A stretch of DNA of 64,000 nt from Candidatus Adlerbacteria bacterium (GCA_903884345.1 CAISEE010000046.1:3830-67829), one strand, 5' to 3'; shown: positions 1 through 10,276, counted from the stretch's first letter. The notes: generated from the sequence alone by a model not told the origin. Numbers and translations are program-made.

Positions 1-897
1 CTCTTGCAATGCGCGCTCGTTGACTTTGATGACCACACCATCGACCCAGTAGCCTTGTGTTTTGCTCTTGTGCTGCCACTCCTTCCAGTACGAAATAATC
101 TCGTCGATTGAGGTTACGACTCGGTAGCCGGGATTCACTTTGAAGCCAAGTTCCTGCAAATAGCCCAACTCGTCGGCCTGCGTGTGCGGCAATGTTTCCT
201 CGGTCTCGGCCACGTCATATATAAAGGTATCGAGCCCGCGTGCGGCGGCCACCTTGGGGTCAAGTTGGCGGATCGAACCGGCTGCGGCGTTTCGCGGGTT
301 TGCAAAGAGTGGTTCGCCCTCTGCCTGCCTCTCTGCATTCACCTTGCGCAAGGCATGCTCGCTCATCCACACCTCGCCTTCGACGACGATGTCGATGGGG
401 CGCTCCAAGAGGAGCGGCACCGATTGAATCGTGCGTACGTTGTGCGTCACATCCTCGCCGATGGTGCCGTCGCCGCGCGTGGCCGCCACGTCGAGCTTCC
501 CATGTTTGTACGTGAGCACGACTTTGAGCCCGTCGATTTTGAGTTCACAGACATATGAAAGCGGCGCTTCAGCAGCAATTCCAAGTTGCTTTTTTACGCG
601 CATATCAAAATCGATTATGTCATTCTCATCGAACGCATCGTTAAACGACCACTGTGGCGTCGTGTGACGGACCTTCGAAAATTGCGTGCGCGCCTCCCCT
701 GCCACGCGCTGCGTCGGCGAGTCGGGCGTCACGAGTACGGGGTACTGGCGCTCGAGCTCGGCCAACTCGTGCATAAGCGAGTCGCGCGCGGCCTCGGGGA
801 TCTCTTCGCGGTCGAAGACATGAAACTGCCGCCGATAGTGATTGATCGACGCCTTCAACTTTTCGTAGCGCAGGCGCAACTCGGGAGGGACGCTCAT
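1..897 (-). CDS. ligA: NAD-dependent DNA ligase LigA, N-terminal part (partial, continues past window start)
   Basis: Manual reverse translation from ATG at 897 gives MSVPPELRLRYEKLKASINHYRRQFHVFDREEIPE...; contains the KxDG adenylation motif (CELKIDGLKV) and other LigA N-terminal signatures. No stop before position 1, so absent from the ORF track. Confidence 0.85.
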   Translation of the reverse strand, partial: MSVPPELRLRYEKLKASINHYRRQFHVFDREEIPEAARDSLMHELAELERQYPVLVTPDSPTQRVAGEARTQFSKVRHTTPQWSFNDAFDENDIIDFDMRVKKQLGIAAEAPLSYVCELKIDGLKVVLTYKHGKLDVAATRGDGTIGEDVTHNVRTIQSVPLLLERPIDIVVEGEVWMSEHALRKVNAERQAEGEPLFANPRNAAAGSIRQLDPKVAAARGLDTFIYDVAETEETLPHTQADELGYLQELGFKVNPGYRVVTSIDEIISYWKEWQHKSKTQGYWVDGVVIKVNERALQE

Positions 898-903
898 ACC
901 CTA

Positions 904-1443
904 TTAATACGACACTTGGAGCTCGCGTTCAAGCTGCGGCGCACCACCCGCGGCACCCGCGCAGTTGATGAATCCGTGCGAGTAGACGATTGTGGTGAGC
1001 GGGACTGCCGTCTTGGCGATTTGAACCTCGACGCAGCGATCGTTTTCAGGAAACGAAATGTAAAAGGTCGTCGTCGCCGCATTCGCGTTTGCCGTCACAA
1101 TCCATGACGTCCAGGTAGAACTGGTAGGTGGCAGATAGACTGCGGGCGGCGTCCCGTTCGCATAGACATTGTAGCCGTTGCACACGACGCTGCCGACGGT
1201 CGGATTACCTGATGCGCTCGAGGTCGCAAACGCACTCCCCGTCCCGTTGTAGTGAAAGTCCCAGTAGAGCGCGCACTCGGCGCCGGTGTCGGCGGCAAAC
1301 ACCGCGTACTGCGACTGCGCCGTCATCGAAGTGACCTGCAACTCGCGCACCGTAAGATCGTAAATCGCCATGCCGATGGCCAGCGCCAAGCTCGACACCA
1401 GTGCCGCGAAGAACATCGTAAATCCTCGTGGGTTCGTTTTCAT
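904..1443 (-). CDS. T4P-associated minor pseudopilin-like protein (GspK/PilX-like, lacks Glu+5)
   Basis: N-terminal RGFTMFFAALVSSLALAIG hydrophobic segment resembling a class III signal; last gene of the pilus operon. Confidence 0.5.
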   Translation of the reverse strand: MKTNPRGFTMFFAALVSSLALAIGMAIYDLTVRELQVTSMTAQSQYAVFAADTGAECALYWDFHYNGTGSAFATSSASGNPTVGSVVCNGYNVYANGTPPAVYLPPTSSTWTSWIVTANANAATTTFYISFPENDRCVEVQIAKTAVPLTTIVYSHGFINCAGAAGGAPQLERELQVSY

Positions 1444-1985
1444 TGCCAGTGGAATATATTCTCTCGCACGATAATAGAGTGTGTCACCCCGCCCATGTCC
1501 GACCAGCTGACCGTCACAATGACCTGCGCTTCGGTCGTCGAGGACCCCGGCGTCACCACCTGTACCTCGCGCCGAAAGAACGACGGCGTGCCGTTGGTGT
1601 ATTGAAAGGTGCCGCTAGTCTGATCGTAGTTCATCACAGGACACGTGCTTGGCGACGCACAGGCGGTCGGGACCGTCGGGTGTTGCTCGAGCGAATCGAG
1701 GTAGCAGGCCACCGACCCGTCCGTACTCACACACGCATCAAGTCCCGTAAGCCACGGCGACACGCCGGCCAGCGCATTGGAGTCGCGCTTAAACCGCACG
1801 TACTCGAGCGCGTCTTGCGCCAAAAAGAGCGCGATCGTCTGATCCTTGGCGATGAGTGCGCTATGCAAACCTTTGGAGGCGATGGTGAGCGGCCCGGCGA
1901 CCGCGGTCGCCAAAATGAGCACCGCGACCAACGTCTCGATGAGCGTGAACCCGGCGGTGGCTGTGCGTCGCAAACTATTGGTCAT
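1440..1985 (-). CDS. Minor pseudopilin with prepilin-type N-terminal cleavage/methylation domain
   Basis: AGFTLIETLVAVLILA motif (G/FTLIE). Confidence 0.75.
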   Translation of the reverse strand: MTNSLRRTATAGFTLIETLVAVLILATAVAGPLTIASKGLHSALIAKDQTIALFLAQDALEYVRFKRDSNALAGVSPWLTGLDACVSTDGSVACYLDSLEQHPTVPTACASPSTCPVMNYDQTSGTFQYTNGTPSFFRREVQVVTPGSSTTEAQVIVTVSWSDMGGVTHSIIVRENIFHWQ

Positions 1986-2559
1986 AGAGGCGTTGTGTTA
2001 CCGAGGTCTCGAGGTTGAAGGTAGTCGATGCGGTACCGCTTGAGGACACGACCCCCGACGCGAGGATGGTCACTTTGGGTTGTACCGAGTTGCCCGTAAT
2101 CGGCGACCCGATCAGGTAGAAGCTCAGCTGCGTGATGGCGATCTCGGGCGAGGTCATTGGGAGGTAGTTCCCGGAGTTAATCTGGCGCAAGATCGAGCAT
2201 CGGCTGCCGACCGCACACGTGGTGGCACTCCCGCAGGAGGCTGCGGCGCCGTTGCTCAGGCAGTACGTCACAGTGTCTCCCCCGAAGGCAGTGAAGGTAA
2301 ATCCGTATCCCGGTGTGGCGGTGCAGTCCGGCGAGGTGCCGCCCGAGCCCCCGACACACGCATACGTCTGACCGGTGCGAATCGTGCGAGACATACTATC
2401 GAACGCGGCGCTGAGGTTGTTGACCGCCGAATTGATCGCCTGCGCGCGACGGTTTGCCTCAGAAAGTGCGAGGAGCGCGCCAAGCGCAATCACCATGACC
2501 GTCGCAAAGATGGCGACCGAGACCAATATTTCGATGAGGGTAAATCCGCGATTTTTCAT
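1975..2559 (-). CDS. Minor pseudopilin with prepilin-type N-terminal cleavage/methylation domain
   Basis: Internal start MKNRGFTLIEILVSVAIFATV at 2559, abutting the upstream gene stop at 2561. The track ORF is extended upstream to 2679. Confidence 0.75.
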   Translation of the reverse strand: MKNRGFTLIEILVSVAIFATVMVIALGALLALSEANRRAQAINSAVNNLSAAFDSMSRTIRTGQTYACVGGSGGTSPDCTATPGYGFTFTAFGGDTVTYCLSNGAAASCGSATTCAVGSRCSILRQINSGNYLPMTSPEIAITQLSFYLIGSPITGNSVQPKVTILASGVVSSSGTASTTFNLETSVTQRLYDQ

Positions 2560-2560
2560 A

Positions 2561-3235
2561 TCAACAATTCGTGTAGGCCGCACTGACGGTATCGTTGAGC
2601 GGACACACGTTAATCTCGCCGGTGGTGGTGATTTTGACGAGGCGACTCGAGCTACCGGCGCTGATGCGCACGTAGGCACTGTCGTACGTCTCGGCCAGCT
2701 TCACACCACTCGAGTAGAACGAGGCATACTTGGCGTCCGGGTTGGGACGCTGAAAGATGATCGACGCGTACGTAATGGTCGCAGACCCGGTCGTATCATC
2801 GGCACCGTTACAGCGAAACGTCGACGGTGGCAGGTGCATACACACCTCGCTGACTGAGTAGCCGTTACTGAGGTTAAAGACCTTCACAACCTCGTTCACA
2901 TCCAGGGCGCTGTTGCCGTTGATATCGGCAAAGAGCGTGTAGTTCTGCGTACTGTTCCCAAAATAAAGGCCGTAGGCAGGCACCGCATTTGGCGAGGCGG
3001 CAGAGCGAAGCACGCTGATGCCGTACACCTGCGTCTGGCGCACCGACAGCGAGACCCCGTAGGCAAGGCTGCGCAATACGGTCGAACTATCAAAACTCGA
3101 CTGCCGAAACACGACGAACGCGGTGATGACGGTGATGATTGCCGCGACCGCCAAAAGTTCGATCAGCGTAAACCCCGCCGTAGCCGAGGTCACGCGCCGG
3201 TTAGAAAAGTGAGAGTGATGAGAAAAAATTGACAT
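2561..3235 (-). CDS. Minor pseudopilin with prepilin-type N-terminal cleavage/methylation domain
   Basis: TAGFTLIELLAVAAIITVITAF motif. Start at 3235 (MSIFSHH) or 3259; overlaps the pilD 3' end. Confidence 0.7.
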   Translation of the reverse strand: MSIFSHHSHFSNRRVTSATAGFTLIELLAVAAIITVITAFVVFRQSSFDSSTVLRSLAYGVSLSVRQTQVYGISVLRSAASPNAVPAYGLYFGNSTQNYTLFADINGNSALDVNEVVKVFNLSNGYSVSEVCMHLPPSTFRCNGADDTTGSATITYASIIFQRPNPDAKYASFYSSGVKLAETYDSAYVRISAGSSSRLVKITTTGEINVCPLNDTVSAAYTNC

Positions 3236-3977
3236 GGAAGAAGTAGACGAGAAACGCACCGAACGCGAGAAACGGCGCGAATGGAATCTCGTTCTTCATT
3301 GTAAACCGCTTCCCTCCCGATTTCCACGGTATCGACGAGAACAACATGAGCAAGATGCCGACCAGAGCGCCACTCCACACGGCAACAAGGAGCGCGGTGA
3401 ATCCTGCGCTGAGCCCCAGGAGCCAGCCCAACGAAATCTCAAATGCGCTATCGCCCCACCCCATCCAGCGACCCATCGAGACGAGCGAAAGGAGGAACAG
3501 TGGCAGTGCCAACAGCGGCCCCGCGTAGAGTGCCGCAAACGACGGCGGCCACGCGAGAGCAATTGTCGCAAGACTAAGTAGCACCAACGTGCCCGAACAC
3601 GACCACGGGATGACGGTGTGGCGCATGTCGTAGACCACGATGAAAAGGATCGTCAGCCACACCAAGAGCGACACGGCATAGGCGAGCGGCGTCGGGTGCA
3701 GCACATAGACCCCTACCGAGAGGCCCGCAGCCAACACCTCGACCAAGGGGTACTGCGCCGAGATGCGGGTCTTGCAGTACCTACAGCGACCAAAAAGAAA
3801 GAGCCACGAAAAAATCGGCACGAGGTCGATTGCCGCGAGGGTGTGACCGCAGCGCATGCAGTGCGAGCGCCCACCCATCCCCTGCCCTGTATTGAATCGA
3901 AATGACAGCGCGTTAAGAAAGCTGCCCAATATGGCACCCAGGCCCGCGGCGCAAATTGCCAAGAAGGGGTCGTACAT
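3201..3977 (-). CDS. pilD: Prepilin peptidase (A24 family, PilD)
   Basis: N-terminal CxxC...CxxC zinc motifs (HCMRCGHTL...CRYCKTRI), conserved GWGD, DLVPIFSW, multiple TM segments. Likely start MYDPFLAI at 3977. Confidence 0.85.
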   Translation of the reverse strand: MYDPFLAICAAGLGAILGSFLNALSFRFNTGQGMGGRSHCMRCGHTLAAIDLVPIFSWLFLFGRCRYCKTRISAQYPLVEVLAAGLSVGVYVLHPTPLAYAVSLLVWLTILFIVVYDMRHTVIPWSCSGTLVLLSLATIALAWPPSFAALYAGPLLALPLFLLSLVSMGRWMGWGDSAFEISLGWLLGLSAGFTALLVAVWSGALVGILLMLFSSIPWKSGGKRFTMKNEIPFAPFLAFGAFLVYFFHVNFFSSLSLF

Positions 3978-4495
3978 TAGTTGGTCATGTCGTCGCAGTT
4001 GTCGCCGCTTGAAGCGGGAGTCGTACCGACGCACAAGGGCGCGTTACCATCGAAGGCTGTCGATCCGCTGCAGGCGTAAAACCCGCTGAAGACGCCGGAG
4101 CCGCCCGCGGCAGGCGCATCGACATCGTCGAGCACGTTGGTGTTAGCCTCCATCGCGGCACCGATGTGGTATTTGACCGGCTTGACGCTCGCGCAGGCGC
4201 CGCCGCTGTCGGTTGTGAGCGCATAGTAGTAGTAGTTGGCGTGCGTCAGCGGATCGGTCGGCAAGGTTGCGATGTAGGTCGGCGAGAGCGTCGTCAGTGC
4301 CGTCGGATAGTAGTAGTAGTCGTTGTAAAATTCCTCGAGCGAGAGTTGGATGGTCTTGAGATCGGCCGTGCGGCGCGCATCGCGACCCTTTTGCTTGGAG
4401 ACCGACACCGACACCATCACGATGGTCGAGAGGATGCCGATGATGGCGATGACTACCAAGAGTTCAATGAGCGTAAATCCTTTTTTGGCATTCAT
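3977..4495 (-). CDS. Type IV pilin (prepilin-type N-terminal methylation domain); contains YYYY repeats
   Basis: MNAKKGFTLIELLVVIAIIGIL class III signal; tandem with two other pilin genes. Confidence 0.8.
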   Translation of the reverse strand: MNAKKGFTLIELLVVIAIIGILSTIVMVSVSVSKQKGRDARRTADLKTIQLSLEEFYNDYYYYPTALTTLSPTYIATLPTDPLTHANYYYYALTTDSGGACASVKPVKYHIGAAMEANTNVLDDVDAPAAGGSGVFSGFYACSGSTAFDGNAPLCVGTTPASSGDNCDDMTN

Positions 4496-4518
4496 GTAGA
4501 TGTTTTATGCGAAACTAA

Positions 4519-5022
4519 CTAAAAGCATGCAGCACCAGTGACAGCCGAAGAGGTCGCATCACTGACACACACATCCCCTGAACCATATGACCCCGAACCA
4601 GTTTCGAGCACAATTTTAAATTGCCACGTGTTGAAATACGGCGCAGCGCTGAAGCTCGTCCGAGAGGTGACAGTATAGTTGCACAAACCGGTAGTACTCC
4701 CTGCGCCGCAGGTAGTCGCCGCGACTGCCGTGACTGGATCGCTAAACATCCCCGAGGCTGGATCGGTACAGGAAGAGGCCAGATTAGCACCAGCGTTCGT
4801 GCATCCTACGAACTGGTTGTTTGAGCCGTCCTTAGGATCAAGCGAAATCAATCGCTGCCATTGACGAAGGTCGGAGATACGTTTGGCGTCGCGACTTTTC
4901 ACACGGGAACTATTGAGTGCCGTAATAACAATCGAAGCCAAGATGCCGATGATAGCGATCACGACCAGGAGTTCGATAAGAGTAAAGCCGCGCTGTATAA
5001 AAAGAGGTCTCTTCGAGTTCAT
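4519..5022 (-). CDS. Type IV pilin
   Basis: RGFTLIELLVVIAIIGILASIV; paralog of 5098..5592 with shared C-terminal SGS(L/Y)G(T/S)G...C motifs. Confidence 0.8.
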   Translation of the reverse strand: MNSKRPLFIQRGFTLIELLVVIAIIGILASIVITALNSSRVKSRDAKRISDLRQWQRLISLDPKDGSNNQFVGCTNAGANLASSCTDPASGMFSDPVTAVAATTCGAGSTTGLCNYTVTSRTSFSAAPYFNTWQFKIVLETGSGSYGSGDVCVSDATSSAVTGAACF

Positions 5023-5045
5023 GCGATAATCATCCCACAGAAACG

Positions 5046-5078
5046 AGAAATCCCCAACCTTCGGTTGGGGATTTCTGC
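5046..5078 (-). terminator. Hairpin between tandem pilin genes (terminator/attenuator)
   Basis: Perfect inverted repeat atccccaacc-ttcg-ggttggggat directly after the pilin gene 5098..5592, flanked by T/A-rich stretches. Confidence 0.6.
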
Positions 5079-5097
5079 TTTTGTGAAGCGAGAGGGA

Positions 5098-5592
5098 TTA
5101 CTTGCAGTTTGCGCCCGAGGCAATCGACGAAGTCGCGTCGCCGAGACAGATAACTCCCGTACCCAACGAACCGGAACCGGTCTCGAGCCAATCACGAACT
5201 GTATAGCCCAAATAGGTGCCGCTGTTTGAGAACGCTGGCGCACCACCGCCTGCGGCGCTGGCGACCGAGTAGTTACATTGCGAGGTCGGTCCGGCGGAGC
5301 AAGCAGTTGGAGACGTACCCGGATCAGCGAAGCCCGTGCCATTCGGGTCCGTACATGCTGAGACGAGTGCATTGGCGGTCGTACAACCGCTGAAGTTCGC
5401 CAACCCGTTCGCGTTGGTGCTCATCGCAACCGCGCGCTGGAACTGCTGGAGGTCGGCGACGCGCTTTGCATCGCGGCCTTTGGCGCGTGCGCTGTTAAGG
5501 GAGACGAGCACGATCGAGGCCAAAATGCCGATGATAGCGATCACGACCAGGAGTTCGATAAGGGTGAAACCGCGTGTAAACGTTTTGCGCAT
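5098..5592 (-). CDS. pilA: Type IV pilin (probable major pilin PilA)
   Basis: MRKTFTRGFTLIELLVVIAIIGILASIVLV; first pilin after pilC and followed by a hairpin, a typical major-pilin arrangement. Confidence 0.8.
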   Translation of the reverse strand: MRKTFTRGFTLIELLVVIAIIGILASIVLVSLNSARAKGRDAKRVADLQQFQRAVAMSTNANGLANFSGCTTANALVSACTDPNGTGFADPGTSPTACSAGPTSQCNYSVASAAGGGAPAFSNSGTYLGYTVRDWLETGSGSLGTGVICLGDATSSIASGANCK

Positions 5593-5710
5593 AAAATGAC
5601 GTTTAGATTAATTATCTGCCATTGATTAATAATTTGTTGCAGACTAGCCCTAGTATACCCTGGTACCTCCTTCCCCATTCCTTCATATGTGGATAACCAC
5701 ATTGCCGCAG

Positions 5711-6931
5711 CTACATGCTGGCGGTGCTGTTGTAGATCGGGAGGAGGACCGAGGCCAAAAGAAAGCCCACGCCGAGCGCCAAGGCGACGATGAGCGCCGG
5801 CTCGATGAGTGAGACGAGGGTGTCGACCGCGGCATTGACTTCGCGGTTGTAGAACTTGGCCAGACGCTCGAGGATGCCGCCCATTTCGCCCGTCTCCTCG
5901 CCGATTTGTATCATTTGCACCACGATCGGCGGCATTTCGTTGGGATAGTGCGCGAGCATCGCCGACATCGGGGTGCCGGCTTTGACGCCCTCGAGCGCCT
6001 CGAGGAGGATTCGCTCGTAGATCTTGTTCTCGATGACCGAGGAGGTGATTTCAAGCGAACGCACCGCGGTGATGCCCGAGGTCAACATCACGTGCATGTT
6101 GTCGGCAAAGCGCGAGAGGTAGAGCTTTTTGTAGAGGTCGCCCACGTACGGCAGCGATATTTTGATGCGACTCATGGCGATCGCTCCCACCGGCGTCTGC
6201 GCGTAGCGCACGAGGAAGAACCCGCCGACGATGAGCGCGATGAGAACGAACACGCCGTAGTCGACGAGGAAATGGCTCATGTCGAGGATGATCTGGGTGT
6301 AGACCGGCAAGGTCTGCCCGTCGCTTGAAAGGATGTCACCGATCTTGGGGATCACGACCGTGAGCATGAGCGTCATCACGGTGACGAAGGTCGCCATAAT
6401 GAATCCCGGGTACACGAGCGCGTTGCGCGCTTTGGACGAAAGCTCGTAGGAACGGTCGATGTAGTCGGCCAAGAAGAGGAAGGTCTGATCGAGCTTGCCC
6501 GACTCCTCACCCGAGCGAACCATGTTGATGTAGAAGGGCGAAAAGGCGCTCGGGTGTTTGGCGAGAGCCTTGGAGATGCTGCTGCCGCCCTGAAGGTCGT
6601 CAGAGACCTCGGTCAAAATGGCGCGCAGGGCCGGCTTCTCGGCTTGGCTCGACAGCAGGCGAAAGACGCGCAGCGCCGACACCTGCGCCTCAAAGAGGGT
6701 CGAAATCTGGCGCGAGAGCACCACGATGTCGCGGCTCGAGACCCCGCCGAAGAAGGACATTTTGCCCTGAAGCACCGCTTGCACGCCGCCCGGATTTTGC
6801 GTGTTAGTGATCGAGGTGATGGTGAGACCCTTCTTTTGCAGCAGGTCGACGGCGCCGCCTTCGGATGCGGAGGAGATGGTGCCGCTCTGCGGCTTGCCTG
6901 CTTGATCAACTGCGTTGTATTTGAATTCCAT
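5711..6931 (-). CDS. pilC: Type IV pilus assembly platform protein PilC (GspF family)
   Basis: 406 aa with duplicated GspF-like halves and three TM regions. Confidence 0.9.
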   Translation of the reverse strand: MEFKYNAVDQAGKPQSGTISSASEGGAVDLLQKKGLTITSITNTQNPGGVQAVLQGKMSFFGGVSSRDIVVLSRQISTLFEAQVSALRVFRLLSSQAEKPALRAILTEVSDDLQGGSSISKALAKHPSAFSPFYINMVRSGEESGKLDQTFLFLADYIDRSYELSSKARNALVYPGFIMATFVTVMTLMLTVVIPKIGDILSSDGQTLPVYTQIILDMSHFLVDYGVFVLIALIVGGFFLVRYAQTPVGAIAMSRIKISLPYVGDLYKKLYLSRFADNMHVMLTSGITAVRSLEITSSVIENKIYERILLEALEGVKAGTPMSAMLAHYPNEMPPIVVQMIQIGEETGEMGGILERLAKFYNREVNAAVDTLVSLIEPALIVALALGVGFLLASVLLPIYNSTASM

Positions 6932-6934
6932 ATG

Positions 6935-7999
6935 TTAGAGGAGGCGTTCGAGGGTCTTGGGGCTCCACGAGCGCGAGTAGGCACTCTCGATTGAAATCTC
7001 GCCGGCACGCACCAACTCCGAGAGCGAGCGGTTCATGTCAATCATTCCATCCTCAAGCCCGGTCTCGATCACGGTCTGAATCTCGTGCGTGCGCTTCTCG
7101 CGGATGAGGTTCGAAACCGCACTGTTGTTAATGAGGAGCTCGCAGGCCGGGATGAGACCGCCCGAGATGCGTGGTACCAGGCGCTGCGAGAATATGCCGA
7201 TGAGCGAGCCTGCCAGCTGCATGCGGATTTGGTCTTGCTGAGCGCCCGGGAAGGAGTCGATGATGCGGTCGACGGTTTGGACGGCGTTGTTGGTATGAAG
7301 CGTCGAGAACACGAGGTGCCCGGTCTCGGCGGCGGTCACCGCGGTGGCGATGGTATCGGGACTGCGCATCTCACCCACCATGAGCACGTTGGCGTCTTGG
7401 CGAAAGACCGAGCGAAGCGCCACCTCAAACGAACTGGAGTCGATGCCGATCTCGCGCTGGTCGATGATGGAGCGTTTGTTCTCGAAGAGATACTCGATCG
7501 GGTCCTCGATCGTGACGATGTGTTCGGTGCGCTCGACGTTGATCTTCTCGATGAGCGACGCCAGGGTCGTCGTCTTCCCCTGCCCCACCGGGCCCACCAC
7601 CAGGAAGAAGCCCTGCTTTTTGGATGCGAACGTTTCGACGACCGGCGGCAGATTCAGTTGCGAGACCGTCTGGATGATTTTGGGAATGAGACGAAGCGCG
7701 ATGCCGGGGCGGCCACGCTCGACGAAGGCGTTGCCGCGAAAGCGCACTTTGTCTTGGTGCGAGTATGAAAAGTCGACCTCCTGGGTCTCGGTGAACTTCT
7801 TTTTGTTTGCGGGCGAAACCATCTCGAAGAGGACACCTAAGACGTCGTCGGCGCTCATGACCGGCTCGGTCAACACCGGCGTCATGACGCTCGAGACGCG
7901 CACCGTCGGCTGGTACCCCACGCCCAAGTGCAGGTCGCTGGCGCCCTCGGCGATGACGATATCAATCAGCGTGTTGAGTTTTTGTTTGTAGTCAGGCAT
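6935..7999 (-). CDS. pilT: Twitching motility / pilus retraction ATPase PilT
   Basis: 354 aa; Walker A GPVGQGKTTT; GspE-family motifs without the N-terminal GSPII_E_N domain. Confidence 0.9.
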   Translation of the reverse strand: MPDYKQKLNTLIDIVIAEGASDLHLGVGYQPTVRVSSVMTPVLTEPVMSADDVLGVLFEMVSPANKKKFTETQEVDFSYSHQDKVRFRGNAFVERGRPGIALRLIPKIIQTVSQLNLPPVVETFASKKQGFFLVVGPVGQGKTTTLASLIEKINVERTEHIVTIEDPIEYLFENKRSIIDQREIGIDSSSFEVALRSVFRQDANVLMVGEMRSPDTIATAVTAAETGHLVFSTLHTNNAVQTVDRIIDSFPGAQQDQIRMQLAGSLIGIFSQRLVPRISGGLIPACELLINNSAVSNLIREKRTHEIQTVIETGLEDGMIDMNRSLSELVRAGEISIESAYSRSWSPKTLERLL

Positions 8000-8014
8000 G
8001 CGTTGGTTGTGTCG

Positions 8015-9871
8015 TTAGATTTGCACTTCTTTGTCGTCGGCGCTGGCCGATGCACCCTCATCGAGCGTAATGACCTTGGGCTCGGCGACCGCAGCATCCT
8101 CGTCTTTGGGAATCTCAAACTCGCCACCCAGGGCGTTGACCTCCTCAAACGGGATGACACCGTTGGCTGATTTTATGATAGCATCTTCCTTCATCGTGAG
8201 CATACCTTGCTTGCGCACAACTGCGGTCATGTCCTCTTCGGATCCGTGACTGAGGATGAGTTTTTCGAGCTCGGGCGACATGTTAAACATCTCGACGACC
8301 GCGACGCGGCCTTTGGTGCCGGTCGGACACTCGGGCGTGGGAGCGAGCCGCGTCACTTCAGTAAGCGACGGGACGCGGGAGCGAAACTCCGCGGGCAGCG
8401 TCTTGAAGCTATCCTCAAACATCGCCTGCATGGTGGCATCAACCGGCATGCGCTTGCCCGAACCCGGGCAGAGCGTGCGGACGAGGCGCTGCGCCATACC
8501 CAAAATCAAGACCGGCGGGATGAGGTACGGTTCAACACCCATGTCGAGGAGACGCGGCACGATGCCCACGGCGTTGTTGGTGTGGATGGTCGAGAGCACC
8601 AAGTGACCGGTGAGTGCCGCTTGGACGGCCAAGTTTGCCGTCTCGGCGTCGCGGATCTCGCCCACCATGATGATGTTTGGGTCCTGACGCAGTGTGGTGC
8701 GCAACCCCGAGGCGAAGGTGTAGCCGATCTCGGGGCGCATCTGCGACTGGGAGACGCCGGGGATGATGTACTCGACCGGGTCTTCGAGCGAGAGCACGTT
8801 CTGGCGCTCGCGGTCGACCTCGTTGAGGATGGCGTAGAGCGATGTCGATTTACCCGAGCCGGTCGGCCCCGAGACCAAAATCATGCCGAAGGATTTCTTA
8901 ATCGCGGTGCGAATCATCTCAAGGTCGTAGGCCGAAAAGCCCAAGGAGTCGAGCTCGACCGCGCGCGAGGAGGATCCCAAGATACGCATCACCACCTTCT
9001 CGCCGTAGTACGTCGGGAAGGTCGAGACACGAAAGTCGACCTTGTTGCCTTTGATGCGCGCCGAGAAGCGGCCGTCTTGCGGTTTGCGCTTTTCGTCCAG
9101 GCGCATGTTCGAGAGCACCTTGATGCGCGCCACGACCGACTGGTGCACCTGAGTCGGCAGCGTGATGTTGGTCGTGAGGACGCCGTCGATGCGGAAGCGT
9201 ACGCGACTCTTGTCGACCAGGGCCTCGATGTGGATGTCGGAGGCGCGCTGCTCGAAGGCGTGGCGCAGGACGGTCGCCACGATTTTGGTGACCGGCGCGT
9301 CGGTCGTGATGGCCGCCGACTCGGTTTCGGTAATTTGATCTTCGGTAAGCAGGCTCTCTTGGTCGGCCGTCTCTTTGTTTGTCTTGCTTTGGGTTTTGAC
9401 CGCCGACTCGGTCTGAAGCTCCGTGAGTGCACTCCCCACCTCGCCCGAGAAGCCCCGGTAGGCATTGAGCATCTTGTCGAAGTCGGTTTGCGAGATGAGA
9501 AAGAGCTTGTACGGCATCCCGATTTTTGCCGAGGTAAACGTCAGCGCGTCGCGCGCCTCAAGGTTGTCGGGGTCGGTGATGCCAATCTCGAGCACGTTGT
9601 CGACGACGCCGATCGGCACGAAGTGGTAGTAGCGCGCCGACTCCTCGGGGATGTAGTGCAACACCTCAAAGGGCACCGTCGCATCCCCCAGTTCGCGCGG
9701 TGGGACGCCATAGTAGGTACCTTTGACGCGCAGAATCTCCGAGAGCGGCACGCCGTTTTTGACGAAGACAGCCTCGGGATTAACCCCGGGCTTGGTGAGT
9801 TCGGCGCGCAGGAGTTGTGCCTTCGCGGCGTCTATGACATTGGCTTCTTCCAGGAGGGCGAGAAGATCCAT
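8015..9871 (-). CDS. pilB: Type IV pilus assembly ATPase PilB (GspE family)
   Basis: 618 aa; N-terminal GSPII_E_N-like region; Walker A SGPTGSGKSTS; C-terminal Cys motifs. Confidence 0.9.
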   Translation of the reverse strand: MDLLALLEEANVIDAAKAQLLRAELTKPGVNPEAVFVKNGVPLSEILRVKGTYYGVPPRELGDATVPFEVLHYIPEESARYYHFVPIGVVDNVLEIGITDPDNLEARDALTFTSAKIGMPYKLFLISQTDFDKMLNAYRGFSGEVGSALTELQTESAVKTQSKTNKETADQESLLTEDQITETESAAITTDAPVTKIVATVLRHAFEQRASDIHIEALVDKSRVRFRIDGVLTTNITLPTQVHQSVVARIKVLSNMRLDEKRKPQDGRFSARIKGNKVDFRVSTFPTYYGEKVVMRILGSSSRAVELDSLGFSAYDLEMIRTAIKKSFGMILVSGPTGSGKSTSLYAILNEVDRERQNVLSLEDPVEYIIPGVSQSQMRPEIGYTFASGLRTTLRQDPNIIMVGEIRDAETANLAVQAALTGHLVLSTIHTNNAVGIVPRLLDMGVEPYLIPPVLILGMAQRLVRTLCPGSGKRMPVDATMQAMFEDSFKTLPAEFRSRVPSLTEVTRLAPTPECPTGTKGRVAVVEMFNMSPELEKLILSHGSEEDMTAVVRKQGMLTMKEDAIIKSANGVIPFEEVNALGGEFEIPKDEDAAVAEPKVITLDEGASASADDKEVQI

Positions 9872-9874
9872 AAG

Positions 9875-10267
9875 CTATTTGGTCTTTGAGGTGCTCGACT
9901 TCGTGGTAGACGTACTCGGGAGCTTCAGCGGTATCGAGTTGAGGGCTTTGGACGAACTCGCCGTGGCGCCCGACTGACCCACAAACACGAACGGGTTGTG
10001 GCGGCCCAACGGCTCGGGTGCGATGACGACACCAAAGTCGGTGAGCGCCACGAACGTCGGATCGGTAAAGATGGTGTTGTCGAGCCGGATGCTCTGGAGG
10101 CTGCTCAGCATCACGAGCATCGGCTGCGAGCCGATTGAAGCATCATCGGTTGAGGTCAGTGCAGCACCCGAGCCGGTCGCCGACCCCGACATCATGTAGT
10201 AGCCGACCGCGAGGACGGCCAGCACCACAACCGCGAGCATGATTTTGTTGTCTTTGATAAAGTCCAT
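9875..10267 (-). CDS. Small membrane-anchored pilus-operon protein (PilP-like position), function unknown
   Basis: N-terminal TM helix; sits between pilO-like and pilB; Ser/Thr-rich tail. Confidence 0.45.
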   Translation of the reverse strand: MDFIKDNKIMLAVVVLAVLAVGYYMMSGSATGSGAALTSTDDASIGSQPMLVMLSSLQSIRLDNTIFTDPTFVALTDFGVVIAPEPLGRHNPFVFVGQSGATASSSKALNSIPLKLPSTSTTKSSTSKTK

Positions 10268-10276
10268 AGCGCGTGT

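Noticed and set aside
8207-9889. 560-aa plus-strand ORF opposite pilB, and similar long antisense ORFs opposite pilT (7085..7768, 7344..7991), glmS (40122..41420), secY (50857..52080) and the hypothetical at 57107..58567
   Set aside because: In a ~60% GC genome long antisense ORFs are expected by chance. The sense-strand genes have clear family signatures (Walker motifs and so on), whereas these are Arg/Asp/His/Gly-rich without motifs.
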